From: Octopus vulgaris | Taxonomy: Eukaryota | Length of the DNA: 64,000 nt | Reading direction: 5' to 3' | Assembly (NCBI GenBank): GCA_951406725.2 | Contig: OX597826.1 | Span: 68,138,001-68,202,000 of the forward strand | Shown: piece after piece, positions 26,610-38,886 of the stretch | How positions within the stretch are numbered: the first letter of the stretch is position 1 | Layout: the number at the start of each line of letters is the position of its first letter | Position numbers and translations under genes: made by a program | Notes under the pieces: model-generated | Seen by the model: only the letters and a program-made list of their open reading frames with translations | Told to the model about the DNA's origin: nothing | The model's database searches: none

Positions 26610-26825
26610 TAAGGCGGTGTGCTTGAAGAATTGGTTCTACGTCAGACGAGTTGAATAACGGACTTTCATTCAGGTCTTTGCGTTCTGAATTCACGTTTCA
26701 CCGAGTTAGCGTTCGCCTTTCTTTTTTTCGTGGTCGATATAATAAGAACCAAATATGCTACGGCGTTGATGGAATCAACGAACCGCCTCTCCTAAAATAT
26801 CTCACATCGTAGCGAAACTCGAAAC
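26610..26825 (+). mobile_element. family B SINE, old
   Basis: AAGGCGGTGTGCTTG...CGTTCTGAATTCA...GCCTTTC...GTCGATATAATAAGAACCA. Confidence 0.6.
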
Positions 26826-27187
26826 CATCAAATCGCCCACTAACAATCATCTCAACCACGTCAGATATGCTGTTTTCCTCTCAGCATTTTCCAACGGTTA
26901 CTCCTGTCAGCTCAATGCTTTGTTGTTGATTAGGGCAAGCTGCGTACCTTCTGACAAATCAGGCAACATCGGTGCACGGTTTTATTTTCCTCTCGTCGGT
27001 TTCGCACGGGTTCTACCTCGAAAACTCCGTCTTTTAAAATTCTTTCCAAGGTGAATAACGACTGTTTGATCACATCCAGTATGGAGGAGCTGCAAGTAGC
27101 ATGGGTCAAATTCCTTCTTTCAGACACCACCACCACCACTACTACTATTACTTTAACTTGTAATAATAATAATAATAATCTTTTTTA

Positions 27188-27390
27188 CTACCCACAAGGG
27201 GCTAAACACAGAGAAGACAAACGGATTAAGTCGATTATATCGAGCCCAGTGCATAACTGGTACTTATTTGATCGACCCCGAACGGATGAAAGGCAAAGTC
27301 GACCTCGGCGGAATTTGAACTCAGAACGTAACGGCAGACGAAATACCGCTAAGCATTTTGCCCGGCGTGCTAACGTTTCTGCCAGATCGC
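27188..27390 (-). mobile_element. family B SINE, young
   Basis: High similarity to 2107-2341, including the CCCACAAGGGGCTAAAC end. Confidence 0.88.
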
Positions 27391-27649
27391 TGTACTAACG
27401 ATTTCTTCCGTTTCAATACTTAATATCAATATGATTAGACTCAAATGTTGAGAAAAGGCCAGCAATTACATCAGCCCTCAGTGCTCAACTGTTACTTATT
27501 TTATCGATCCTTAATAGATGGAAGCAAAGTCAACACAGGTGGCATTTCAAAGCAGAATATAAATGCCACTAAGCATTTTAATTCGCCGCAGTAACGATTC
27601 TGTCAGCTCAATGTCTTAATAATAATAATAATATGAGGAGGAGGAGAGG

Positions 27650-27983
27650 GAGACCCCCTTCGGTCACGAATGACCATGGGACTGTCCCAAAAAGTTACCC
27701 TCCGAGGCACAAATCAGGATAAGATTGTTTGTGGAAAGCAAGCAGTCGCCCATGCATACCAGACTCCCCTCTCTGCGCCACTGATGTTATCCAAGGGAAA
27801 GGCAAAGGCCGATACAGCTTGGTACCAGTGATGTCGCAACTCATTTCTACAGCTGAGTGAACTGGAGCATCGTGAAATAAAGTGTCTTGCTCTAGAACAC
27901 AACACACAACCCAGTCCGTGAATCGAACTCACAACATCACGACCGTAAGCTCGACGCTCTAACCACTGAGCCATGCGCCTTCC
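27650..27983 (-). mobile_element. family D SINE
   Basis: Reverse-complement counterpart of 15225-15562; central CTCATTTCTACAGCTGAGTGAACTGG is CORE-like. Confidence 0.85.
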
Positions 27984-29234
27984 TTAATAATAATAGTATT
28001 AACAGATAGAGTGTCAAGCTTTTAGAATCGTTAGAATTTCTTGTGTATTATAATGATTTTAGGAATATGCGCTTTTAACCGTTCAGACACAAGTTTATAT
28101 ATTCTTGCTTATCACGCCATTAAACTTTCTGCTTTTGCTTCTGAGACTATCTTATATCAATTAGAAGCAGCTCGGATACACATTCACTTTCATATATTCC
28201 ATTCTCAAATCTTCGTATATAATCTGACATGGCCACTGCGAAGCATCACCTTGTATGTGGCTTATGACCTCCTGAAATCTTTTGCACATGCGATCTTCTG
28301 CATGCTCTTTTAATTGTGATCTTTGGAGTCGTTGTTTTCGTTTTATATCCTTTATATTCTTTAATTATTATCCCTATTGTAATCTAATGTCTATGTGCGG
28401 TTAACGTTGCATTCGAAGAAAATGTGGGTGGCAAATCTTCTTATGCTAAGTGTTTGTTATGTATTAAGTTTAGGCTCTTGTTTTAACGCGTTTATCAAAT
28501 TCATGACGCAGAGAAGTTCTGCTGATATATACCAAGTTTTACGAAAAACTTTGTCTTTATTCTACCAAAAAATAAACATTGGATTCACATCATGTTTTGG
28601 AGATATTCTCTAACATTCGTGAATAATCTTTTTTTTAATTATTTTTTATGTTTTTGCTTTTCTGCTTATTTTTTTCTCTTACGTGTTTCAGTTTAACACT
28701 CTGAAACTGTAACGTTCTGCCGGAAGTCATAAAGCATTAATTGCTTCCGTCTTGTTATTATTATCGTTATTATTTTGACGTTGAATCCTCTTTTTAGGAT
28801 CTTTCCACTCGTCGGATATATTCCATTTGAATTAGTTCCTTTATTCCAGCGGACTGAATCTTTTCACCTTCGTTAATCCCAAAATACTGCTTTCGATTCG
28901 TTTCATCTTCGGCTGAATTCATTTGTCAGCGTTCATTGACTTAGTAAGCCCGTTATTAAGATACTGGCTCTGGCGAATTTGCTGAGCCTAAAACTCTATT
29001 CTCAGATCGTCTCTATTAAATTTCATAGTCAGTAATTGCGGATTCCAAAAGATTTCCAGCCTGTCTCAGTTATATAACTGGCTGTTATTCTCAGTAAGTA
29101 GCTGGATATCGTCCCTCCAATCTCCTATCAACCTCCGATAGAATTCAGGACATAACAAACGTGGTGACAGGAAATATTGTAATGTTCCCGTGTTTATATA
29201 GATTGCATTACATTGTAGGACACCTTAAGGAATT

Positions 29235-29610
29235 AGTGGAAGCACTCCGTCAGTTACGACGACGAGGGTTCCGGTTGATCCGATCAACGGAACAGCCTGC
29301 TCGTGAAATTAACGTGTAAGTGGCTGAGCACTCCACAGACACGTGTACCCTTAACGTAGTTCTCGGGGATATTCAGCGTGACACAGAGAGTGACAAGGCC
29401 GGCCCTTTGAAATACAGGCACAACAGAAACAGGAAGTAAGAGTGAGGGAAAGTTGTGGTGAAAGAGTACAGCAGGGATCACCACCATCCCCTGCCGGAGC
29501 CTCGTGGATCTTTAGGTGTTTTCGCTCAATAAACACTCACAACGCCCGGTCTGGGAATCGAAACCGCGATCCTACGACCGCGAGTCCGCTGCCTTAACCA
29601 CTGGGCCATT
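29235..29610 (-). mobile_element. family C' SINE (family C head with a different 3' half)
   Basis: Head AATGGCCCAGTGGTTAAGGCAGCGGACTCGCGGTC matches 56451 up to CTTCCTGTTTCT; the sequence after that is unrelated. Confidence 0.85.
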
Positions 29611-30040
29611 AGTACCACATTTATATTACATTTTCACATTGTACACACAATCCATATAAACTTATCATAATTAATATATCTCCAATAATTCAATGATCCT
29701 TGATTACACTTTCTAATGGACTTAGTATGCAGTAAGTCAATTTATTTGCTTCGTCCAGAAAATTGCAGATATATTCCTTGTTTATAAGTAATAAAAGACT
29801 CTCTTTCCAAAGTTCTCCCCTTCTTCAGTTGGAACATTTTTTTGTTTTCTGTCTAGATGTTGTAATATCTTCTAAATCAGTGTCAATTGTAACACATAGG
29901 AGAAGCTTTAAAAAAGCTGATGACTGCCTGGCACATGTTAGGGTCATTCGTCACTAATCGGTTTATTTATCGGAAGATTTTTCTTTACAGCTGCATGCGT
30001 AAATTTATTAAGGAGATTCGCCAGACCTTTTTTGGTTTGT

Positions 30041-30264
30041 CTCTTTTACTCTTTTACTCTTTTACTTGTTTCAGTCGTTTGACTGCGGCCATGCTGGAGC
30101 ACCGCCTTTAGTCGAGCAAATCGATGCCGGGACTTATTCTTTTTGTAAGCCCAGTACTTATTCTATCGGTCTCTTTTTGCCGAACCGCTAAGTGACGGGG
30201 ACGTAAACACACCAGCATCGGTTGTCAAGCAATGCTAGGGGGACAAACACAGACACACAAACAT

Positions 30265-30323
<59 letters not shown>

Positions 30324-30488
30324 TACGACAGGCTTCTTTCAGTTTCCGTCTACCAAATCCACTCACAAGGCATTGGTCGGCCCGGGGCTATAGCAGAAGA
30401 CACTTGCCCAAGATGCCACGCAGTGGGACTGAACCCGGAACCATGTGGTTGGTTAGGAAGCTACTTACCACACAGCCACTTCTGCGCC
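30041..30488 (-). mobile_element. family A SINE, full length, young
   Basis: Complete head, internal TA/TG tract, and tail GGCGGTGCTCCAGCATGGCCGCAGTCAAACGACTGAAACA followed by (AGTAAAAG)n. Confidence 0.92.
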
Positions 30489-31276
30489 TATGTCTGTGCA
30501 TTTTGCCGAGAAACATGGAAGTGCTTCGTCGAGGAGATTTCCAATTGTCTTCCATTGTATTCTTCACTACAATCTTTTCCAAATCTTTGTGGTGCCACCT
30601 AATTAAATTTTTCGTTTGCTCTACAGATTAAATCATTTGTGTTATAGCAATATTCACTTCGAATATATTCTTCCAAAATATTTTCCACTGTATTTTGCGT
30701 TCTTTTTCCTTTCTTCAAGATGTGGTTGATTCTTACTTTTATTGTCTTGTTATTTAATTTCATTTAAGGACTGTAAATCCTCTTTCGAATCATTTTTATT
30801 TGCTTCAATTTTTCTAGAACCTGTATTCATTGGACATTAGTTTTTACTCTTTAATTATTACATATCCCATTATTCTACTTCACATGAAGTTTGCTTAGAA
30901 TCTTAAACATCTAATTCACTTTGCGTTTTTGTCAGTTAACATCTGATGAATTTCTGGTTTGCTTGCTCTCATTTCTACCTCTATCTTTTAACTTGCGATT
31001 TATCTTGCGTTTAATCCTTTGTTTCCAAACACAAACATTTTGGGTTCTTCCTCTTTCTTACCTGTATTCCTATTATTCTGTTTGTTTTATAGACACAGGT
31101 GTGTGAACAATTCAGTTTAAAGCTGTTATATCTATTTTATTTACTTGTTCAATAATTATGTCTGCATTTTGACGCACGATATTATGCTGTTCCTGGTCTG
31201 ACATCTACTTTTCGTTTATTTCTGCTATTTTCTAAGTCAATGCATTTATTATTCACTTCAATTGCACTAACGATTC

Positions 31277-31338
<62 letters not shown>

Positions 31339-31339
<1 letters not shown>

Positions 31340-31690
31340 GAGTGAGAGAGCAGTGCATGCCATCAAAGTGACACTGGGGTAAAATATACGAAGTCCAGCA
31401 TACCCATCATGACTACACGTCTGATAAGGGTACACCAGGCACATGCATCACAACCATATGTGCGCGACATGGTGATCTCATATCAAGATAAACAGCACAC
31501 GACCTTGCAGGTGGGGCCCAGTTAAAATTTTCTTCTGGTCGAGTAGCCCATCCGGCTCAAAAGGTCCCTGAATAAGGATTGTTTAAGGCTGTTGAATGAA
31601 CCACGCCTGTTTCCAAACGTGAATTATCCAAACCTCAAAGAATTCCTTTCAACACATGACTATGATGCTCCCCCACTACTTCTGCTCATG

Positions 31691-31692
<2 letters not shown>
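31339..31692 (-). mobile_element. family E repeat inside an (ATT)n array
   Basis: Homologous to 18700-19055; ATT runs on both sides (31278-31338, 31691-31741). Confidence 0.75.
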
Positions 31693-31741
<49 letters not shown>

Positions 31742-32266
31742 TCCTGGAAGTCACAGATATGGGACAGTCTGGCCTTATTTACTATAACTTCCTCATTGTT
31801 CTGTTGTTTGTCCCAATTTGCTGTAACCCGTATTTATGTTGTGCTCTGTTGTTGCAGAGTGGATTTTGCAGCATTATTTAGCTATAGTATTTGTCTTTAT
31901 ATGTTTCTTTTGTCAAGCAAACTCCATTCATTTCTTATAAATGCCATGTCATAGGTTTAACAGTTTGAAGCCGCTCATTTGCAAGCGAACCAGGGGATTG
32001 CTATATTTGACAGGTTGGCAAACTTGATTCTCTGATATTAAATTGAGGGACTTGCTTGGTAAAATTATTATAGAATATAGACAGAAAGATGCGCTATCCG
32101 CTATACACAATACAAGCGTATGATCTGCACCGACAAACCAAAATGAAATTTATAGACGTCTACACGACTGCTAGAAAAATGACAACCTCGTTCTCGCTAA
32201 GACACTGCGAATTTTCACTTGCCGTCTCTTGTGTAAAAGGGAACACGCAGATGTTTGCCATACCAT

Positions 32267-33533
32267 AGGATTACTTGAGTAGTAGAGAACAGCAAATGCC
32301 TGGTAATCTATTATGTCTATTTTGGTTAATTTTAAAGGTTTTTTTTTTCTAGTCTACGTTACCGGTTGCAATATTGTCCTATTTACTCACCACCGGGAGT
32401 TCTGACTCGAGTCAGATCTCACCAACTAAACAGAATCTTTCTCTAGCGAGATTCTATGCACAGTTGCAATATTGTCCTATTTACTCACCACCGGGAGTTC
32501 TGACTCGAGTCAGATCTCACCAACTAAACAGAATCTTTCTCTAGCGAGATTATATGTACAGTTGCAATATTGTCCTATTTACTCACCACCGGGAGTTCTG
32601 ACTCGAGTCAGATCTCACCAACTAAACAGAATCTTTCTCTAGCGAGATTATATGTACAGTTGCAATATTGTCCTATTTACTCACCACCGGGAGTTCTGAC
32701 TCGAGTCAGATCTCACCAACTAAACAGAATCTTTCTCTAGCGAGATTCTATGTACAGTTGCCATATTGTCCTATTTACTCACCACCGGGAGTTCTGACTC
32801 GAGTCAGATCTCACCAACTAAACATAATCTTTCTCTAGCGAGATTCTATGTACAGCGAATTCCATCTCATGCGATTCATCTATTAGAGACTGGTTAACAC
32901 ATCTTGATTTCGCTGACAGCTTCGATTAATCTAAAGTTCTTGATGCCTTCAACCATCAGTACTCGGTAGCGTGCATCAACTTGATAGGTTTCGTTCCCAT
33001 TTCAAGAGGCCATCTAATTTCGATGAACAGCAGCGCCTCATAGCTCGTCAATTTACATGGTTATTACTGTTTGGATCTCACATTTGCTCCATCGAAACTG
33101 TATTCTCTCTACTTCTGCATGCTATAGCTTGTGGTTTGTTGATACACTTTCTATTTAAAATGGAATTCGGAAAGTCTGTGCTGGTATACGAAAACAACGT
33201 CTGTTTCGTTGTGTCGGACTGCAAGCATTTGGAGGCGGTCGTTGCGAAGGTTAAATAATAAAGAGGTGGTAATAGGATCATGAAAGAAAACAAGTCATTA
33301 ACCTTCCAACTTGGAACGTGGAGAGATATATCTACACTGATTAGCATCGTGTGTCGCTAGAGAAAGATTATGTTTACTTGGTGAGATCTGACTCGAGTCA
33401 GAACTCCCGGTGGTGAGTAAATAGGACAATATTGCAGCCGGTAACGCAGACTAGAAAAAACCCTTTAAAATTAAACAAAAGAAACATAATAGATTACCAG
33501 GCATTTGCTGTTCTCTACTACTCATGTAATCCT
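32267..33533. mobile_element. non-autonomous DNA transposon with about 180-bp TIRs
   Basis: 32267-32448 is inverted at 33354-33533; termini AT|AGGATTAC...GTAATCCT|AT. Confidence 0.85.
32365..32854 (+). repeat. tandem array, 5 x 98 bp
   Basis: Units start at 32365, 32463, 32561, 32659 and 32757; each contains the 16-bp palindrome TCTGACTCGAGTCAGA. Confidence 0.97.
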
Positions 33534-34677
33534 ATTGGATGTGTCAACCCTTGAATTGTATAGTCAACAGCATTAGAATAAGTAACAACGTCGCTGAGTA
33601 GATTCTGGGGGTCAACAAAGATAAATTGATTAGTGAGCGGATACCTCAGTTGGGTGTGACCATGTATTCTGTTCCATTATTGATAGGGATGATCAAAGTT
33701 ATTGTGAAAGACAGCCAATTGTCTACGCGTGCAAATGTTCCTTATCCAAGCCTACGAAGTTGTTCTACATCCACTAACTTAGGACCGATATAGTTTGGAA
33801 CCAGCCTCATCGCGTTCTTTTATTTCCAAAACGCAAAGGATAAGAACAAATGCCAGATAATATCGTGTCCAATGTTCTAAGAGTTTTACCAATGTATCAC
33901 CCAAGATTTGAAGCTATTCCCGACCCCAAAAGCATAAGAGGTAATGATGGGATTTGGAATGAGTGGCTGTATCGTGACAGATGCCGTAAGTAATTCATCC
34001 AACTTTATTCCTTTGATAGTTCACCGCTTTAAGTAACATGCTTATTCATGAAGACTTTCAATTGTTCGTTTTCTCAAAGAATTGGCCAATATGCTACGTT
34101 GTAATTACTTAAGCCTCTTTAGATTGCGAGTAGAAATCCCGTAGAGTTCAAATTTACACTTCATCGAACAGGATTCAAAATAACAAAATACCAGTCAAGT
34201 ATTGAGTTTGAGATATCTTCTAAGTTTTCACCGAAAAAAAAAATGTTGGTTTGGGCCTAAACTAGTTACATGGGTTAGCAGAACATTTAAAGTGCGCGAA
34301 GAAAAATATTTCGGTAAATTCACTTTGCCTTTCATTGTTTTAGGGTCGACAAAATAACAACCAGTCATGTTCTTGGGTTGAAGTAATCCCCTTGCCCCTC
34401 CTTTCAAAATAGCTGCCCTTGTGCCAAACTTTGAAAGACGGAAATATTATTAATATTATTATTATTCCTGAAGACTCTAGAGTTTCAAAATCGTTTAAAT
34501 CTTCGACTAAATACTAACTAGGTAGGCCGTATCAATAATCAATATCTGTTTCTGGTGATTATTTTCTCAAATTCAATCTGCTATATTGGTAACGGTAGAT
34601 TTACTCTTATGCTATTCAAAATACCAATATTGTTGCTTTCCTTTATCCAGTGCTGTGGTTCTACTATTCAAACTATC

Positions 34678-34711
<34 letters not shown>

Positions 34712-34750
34712 GATACATATCTATCTGTCTATATACTTATACATATACTT

Positions 34751-34795
<45 letters not shown>

Positions 34796-34811
34796 TGTTT
34801 TTATATATATA

Positions 34812-34847
<36 letters not shown>

Positions 34848-35569
34848 TATGTATGTATATATGTACATGCATACATATACATATGTGTGTGTGTGTTTGT
34901 CAGTGTGTGTAGACAGATACATAATCAATTTTCAGTATTCCTCCTTGGCCTCTGTCTTTCCATCTACCGCCACTCACCCTCCCACGTTCTCTCTCACTCT
35001 CCCTCGATACCTCTCCCACACACACTTTTTCTGCTTCTCCCTCCTCTCTTTCTTCTTCCATACAGTATTTATCCATTCATCTATATTTTCATTGCCATAT
35101 AATATGACCTTCTAAGTTTTCTTTTCTTATATACATTTCAGACTCTAATCTCATCTGCTTCTATTTCTTTGTCATGAAGAAGAATTCCATCACTTGCTTG
35201 TCGCTCAGGCAAGAGATTTTCTTCGATAATAACCCGATTTCTTTAGGACTGAAGAAACCATTTATCTGACGTTACTTCTTGCTTGAATCTGCTAAAAACA
35301 TCAGCCAAATTTCACCGATATTGCACCATATTGTCTTATAAAGAAAGTAGATGTAAAGTTTGAATAAAGTAGTCGCTGTAATATTTTTGGGTGAGAAATA
35401 GAACAGGTGGCCATGGCTAGAGTGTCTTTGAGCTTAGTTTTCCTTGATCAGCGTTGATCTACAGCTGAAATCCTGTAAACGCATAAACTTTGGTGCATTT
35501 TTCTAAACACATCGTTTCTGTCTCTCTGTCTCTATCTCTCTCTCTTTCTCTCTCTCTATTTCTTTCTCT

Positions 35570-35915
<346 letters not shown>

Positions 35916-36423
35916 AATATGTATATGTAAGTATCTACATCTATATCTGTCTCCCTGTCGATCTCTCTATGTGTGTATCTATCAATCTACCTATCTCTCC
36001 ATCTCACTCACCCCCTCTCTCCATCTCCTTATCTTTCTTTCTATCAATTTATCTCTCTCTCTCTATACATACGTATATTTTTATGTATGTAAGTATAAAG
36101 TAAGACGGAGAAAGACAGAATTATAATAATATCAATACTCGATGGAAAAGGCTGCAGGACAAAATTCAACAAGGGTTTCACTTATAACTTGCACCGCTCT
36201 ATAAAATTAATGAAGTTGTTACAAGCTTATAATAATCTTTTATAAATAGCGCATAGAAGATGAGGCTTCGATGCCAACATCAAGAAAATCCTACACATAT
36301 ATAATACCCACACAATGGATAAATCACAGAATCAAACACGAAGAACTGTATATCGCTTTAAAATACTTACATCGATATAATAAATGGATCTCCTTTGGAT
36401 TCTACGATGATTTTTAAAAATAT

Positions 36424-36648
36424 TCTTTTACTCTTTTACTTGTTTCAGTCATTTTGACTGTGGCCATGTTGGAGCACCGTCTTATAGTCGAGCAAATCGA
36501 TCCCAGGATTTATTCTTTGGAAGCCTGGTACTTATTCTACTGGTCTCTTTTGCCGAACCGCTAGGTTAGGGGGACGTAAACACACCAGCATCGGTTATCA
36601 AGCGATGTTGGGGTTGATAAGCACAGACACACAAACATATATATATAT

Positions 36649-36705
<57 letters not shown>

Positions 36706-36880
36706 TATACATATATACGACGGGCTTCTTTCAGTTTCTGTCTACCAAATCCAATCACAAGGCTATGGTCGGCCCGAGGCTATAGTAGAAGACACTTGAT
36801 CAAGGTGCCACGCAGTGGGACTGAACCCGGAACCATGTGGTTTGTAAGCAAGGTACTTACCACACAGCCACTCCTACGCC
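36424..36880 (-). mobile_element. family A SINE, full length
   Basis: Collinear with 30041-30488. Confidence 0.92.
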
Positions 36881-37059
36881 TACACAACCACTCCTACGCT
36901 AAATTACCCACTTGGCTAATTAGCATATAAATGAGAAAATCACAACGTGTGATGTGTACCCTTAATGAGTGAAAAGGCAAGGGAAATACCTTTGGTGAGC
37001 TTCCATAGTTTCCATCTATGGAATTTCATTTGGAAGAAACAGAGGTATCATTGTTTACA

Positions 37060-37715
37060 TATTTTGGCACAAGACCAGAAATTTCGGGGTGGGTGTGGTT
37101 GGAATAAGTGGATTGCATCTCCGTCAGTTTCTCAATTGCTGCTTATTTTATCGATTTGAAAAAGATGAAAGGCAAAGTCTACCTGTGCGGAATTTTAACC
37201 AGAATTTCGCCCGGCGAGCAAACGATTCTGCCAGACTCGGCGCCTTAAAGAGACTATAATTGGTTTCAGATTTTGGCACAGGTGTAGCAAGTTCGGGGAA
37301 AAGTAAGTCGCGTTTCCTTGAGCTTAGTTCTCAAATGGTACATATTTTATCGACCTAGAAATGACAAAAGACTAAATCGACCACGCTGGAATTTGAACTC
37401 AGAACGCAAAGTGAGATGAAATGCAACCAAGTATTTTTTTTACCAGTGTGCTAACGACTCTGCCAACACGCCGCCTTAAACGGGCGACAACATTAAAAGA
37501 CAATTAAGGCGGTGATTCGACAAAAAAAATTAGCGCATCGGACAAAATGATAAACAGCTTTTTGTCCGTCATTACGTTCTAAGTACGAATTCCTTCGAAA
37601 TCGATTTTGTCTTTCGTACATTCGGGTCGAGAAAATAAAAAAAACAATCGAATGCTGGGGTCAATGGAATCGACCTACCACCTTCAACGAAATTGGTTGC
37701 TTTGTTTCAAAATTT
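37060..37715. mobile_element. cluster of three old family B SINEs (-, -, +)
   Basis: GATGAAAGGCAAAGTC, GGAATTTGAACTCAGAACG, CTAACGACTCTGCCA and GGGGTCAATGGAATCGAC motifs at about 37060-37247, 37265-37478 and 37505-37715. Confidence 0.7.
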
Positions 37716-37917
37716 GTTATTTGAAACCAATAATAACAGACACTTATCAAATATGTCATGCAGTGAAGGTGGAAATAGTGAACTAGAAATTACGAGAAGA
37801 TCAGTTACCCGTCCAGGCAGGCTTCCCCTACACATACTAAAACAACGCCTCTAAGTATTTTCAGACTTATAAATGAAAGACAAACATAGAGAAACACAAA
37901 TACAGACAATCAAAAAT

Positions 37918-37958
<41 letters not shown>

Positions 37959-37964
37959 CACACA

Positions 37965-38015
<51 letters not shown>

Positions 38016-38131
38016 GTATACACGTGCGTCCATACAAAAACTGACAGTCACGTATAGACATTCAGTCATTATGGGAGCCTGTATTCGGTCGCTGAATATA
38101 GTAGCTAAATAAAGCTAAATATAGTAGCCAT

Positions 38132-38224
38132 ATTTCCATCGGCATATGGCGTAGTGGCTAAGAGCGCGGGCTACTAACACCCAAGATTCCAAGTTCTATT
38201 CCAGGCAGTGACCTGAATAAAAAT

Positions 38225-38265
<41 letters not shown>

Positions 38266-38462
38266 CAACAACAACAACAACATCGAAAAATACCTTAGGA
38301 ATGAGGACCCAGGTTCGAAATTTCCCCAAGACACTTGATGAAGGCTGGAGGGTATATCAGCCGAAACGTTGTGTCAACAACAAACACGATGAGGACAAAT
38401 ATCCGTCAAATGTAATCAATGTAAATAATGTACATAATTCCTCTCTCTTAAACATAGAACTC
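38132..38462 (+). mobile_element. family H tRNA-head/hammerhead SINE, full length with 10-bp TSD
   Basis: TSD TAGTAGCCAT at 38122-38131 and 38463-38472. A box TGGCGTAGTGG, B-box-like GTTCTATTCC, (AAT)n(AAC)n linker, hammerhead motif at 38330-38375. Confidence 0.85.
38330..38375 (+). ncRNA. minimal type I hammerhead ribozyme motif (C3 mutated to T in this copy)
   Basis: GACAC-[C>T]TGATGA-A-GGCTGG-loop-TCAGCC-GAAAC-GTT-GTGTC: stem I GACAC/GTGTC, stem II GGCTG/CAGCC, palindromic AACGTT in place of stem III. Confidence 0.7.
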
Positions 38463-38654
38463 TAGTAGCCATGTGTTAGTCAAAACACCAGCAGTTGTCT
38501 TTGATAAATCTCAATTTAGGGATTATCCTGTGTTTTTTACGTGGAACAAACGGGATGATATTCATCAGTGGTGTTGATCAATGATTTATTCTATCAGGGC
38601 TGACCTGGGATTAAAAAACTTAAGCAGCAATAGCAACAATATAAATTGTTCATA

Positions 38655-38805
38655 CATCGACCCCAGTAATCAACTGGTACTTATATTATGAATGCTGAAA
38701 GAATGAATGGTGAAATCGACCTCGGCGAAATTTGAACTCAGAACGTTAAGACGGTTTAAGTGACGCTAATCATTACACCCAGGCGTGCTAACGATTCTTT
38801 CAGCA
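38655..38805 (-). mobile_element. family B SINE fragment
   Basis: CATCGACCCCAGT..ACTGGTACTT...TCGACCTCGGCGAAATTTGAACTCAGAACG. Confidence 0.75.
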
Positions 38806-38827
38806 CACTGTTTGTACTTAATGTCTT

Positions 38828-38875
<48 letters not shown>

Positions 38876-38886
38876 ACACACACATA

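Larger units (their letters stand above)
28040..31250 (-). pseudogene. very decayed non-LTR retrotransposon RT region (possibly R4/Dong-like), interrupted by two SINEs
   Basis: Minus-strand fragments QYFGINEGEKI...IKELIQMEYIRRV...EAINAL*LPAERYSFRVLN (about 28690-28900) and YFGRIY/FWKNIF (about 30660-30690) resemble thumb and N-terminal motifs of this group. Boundaries are uncertain. Confidence 0.45.

Noticed and set aside
26930-27139. Possible exon encoding a Cys-containing peptide
   Set aside because: No recognisable homology or convincing splice-site pair.
32365-32854. CRISPR-like array with a palindromic repeat
   Set aside because: The whole 98-bp unit is repeated, there are no unique spacers or cas genes, and the unit derives from a transposon TIR in eukaryotic DNA.
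33550-34100. Possible ancient L2/CR1 remnant (similar doubts for 43900-44420 and 54550-55050)
   Set aside because: The motif resemblance is too faint to support without a profile search.
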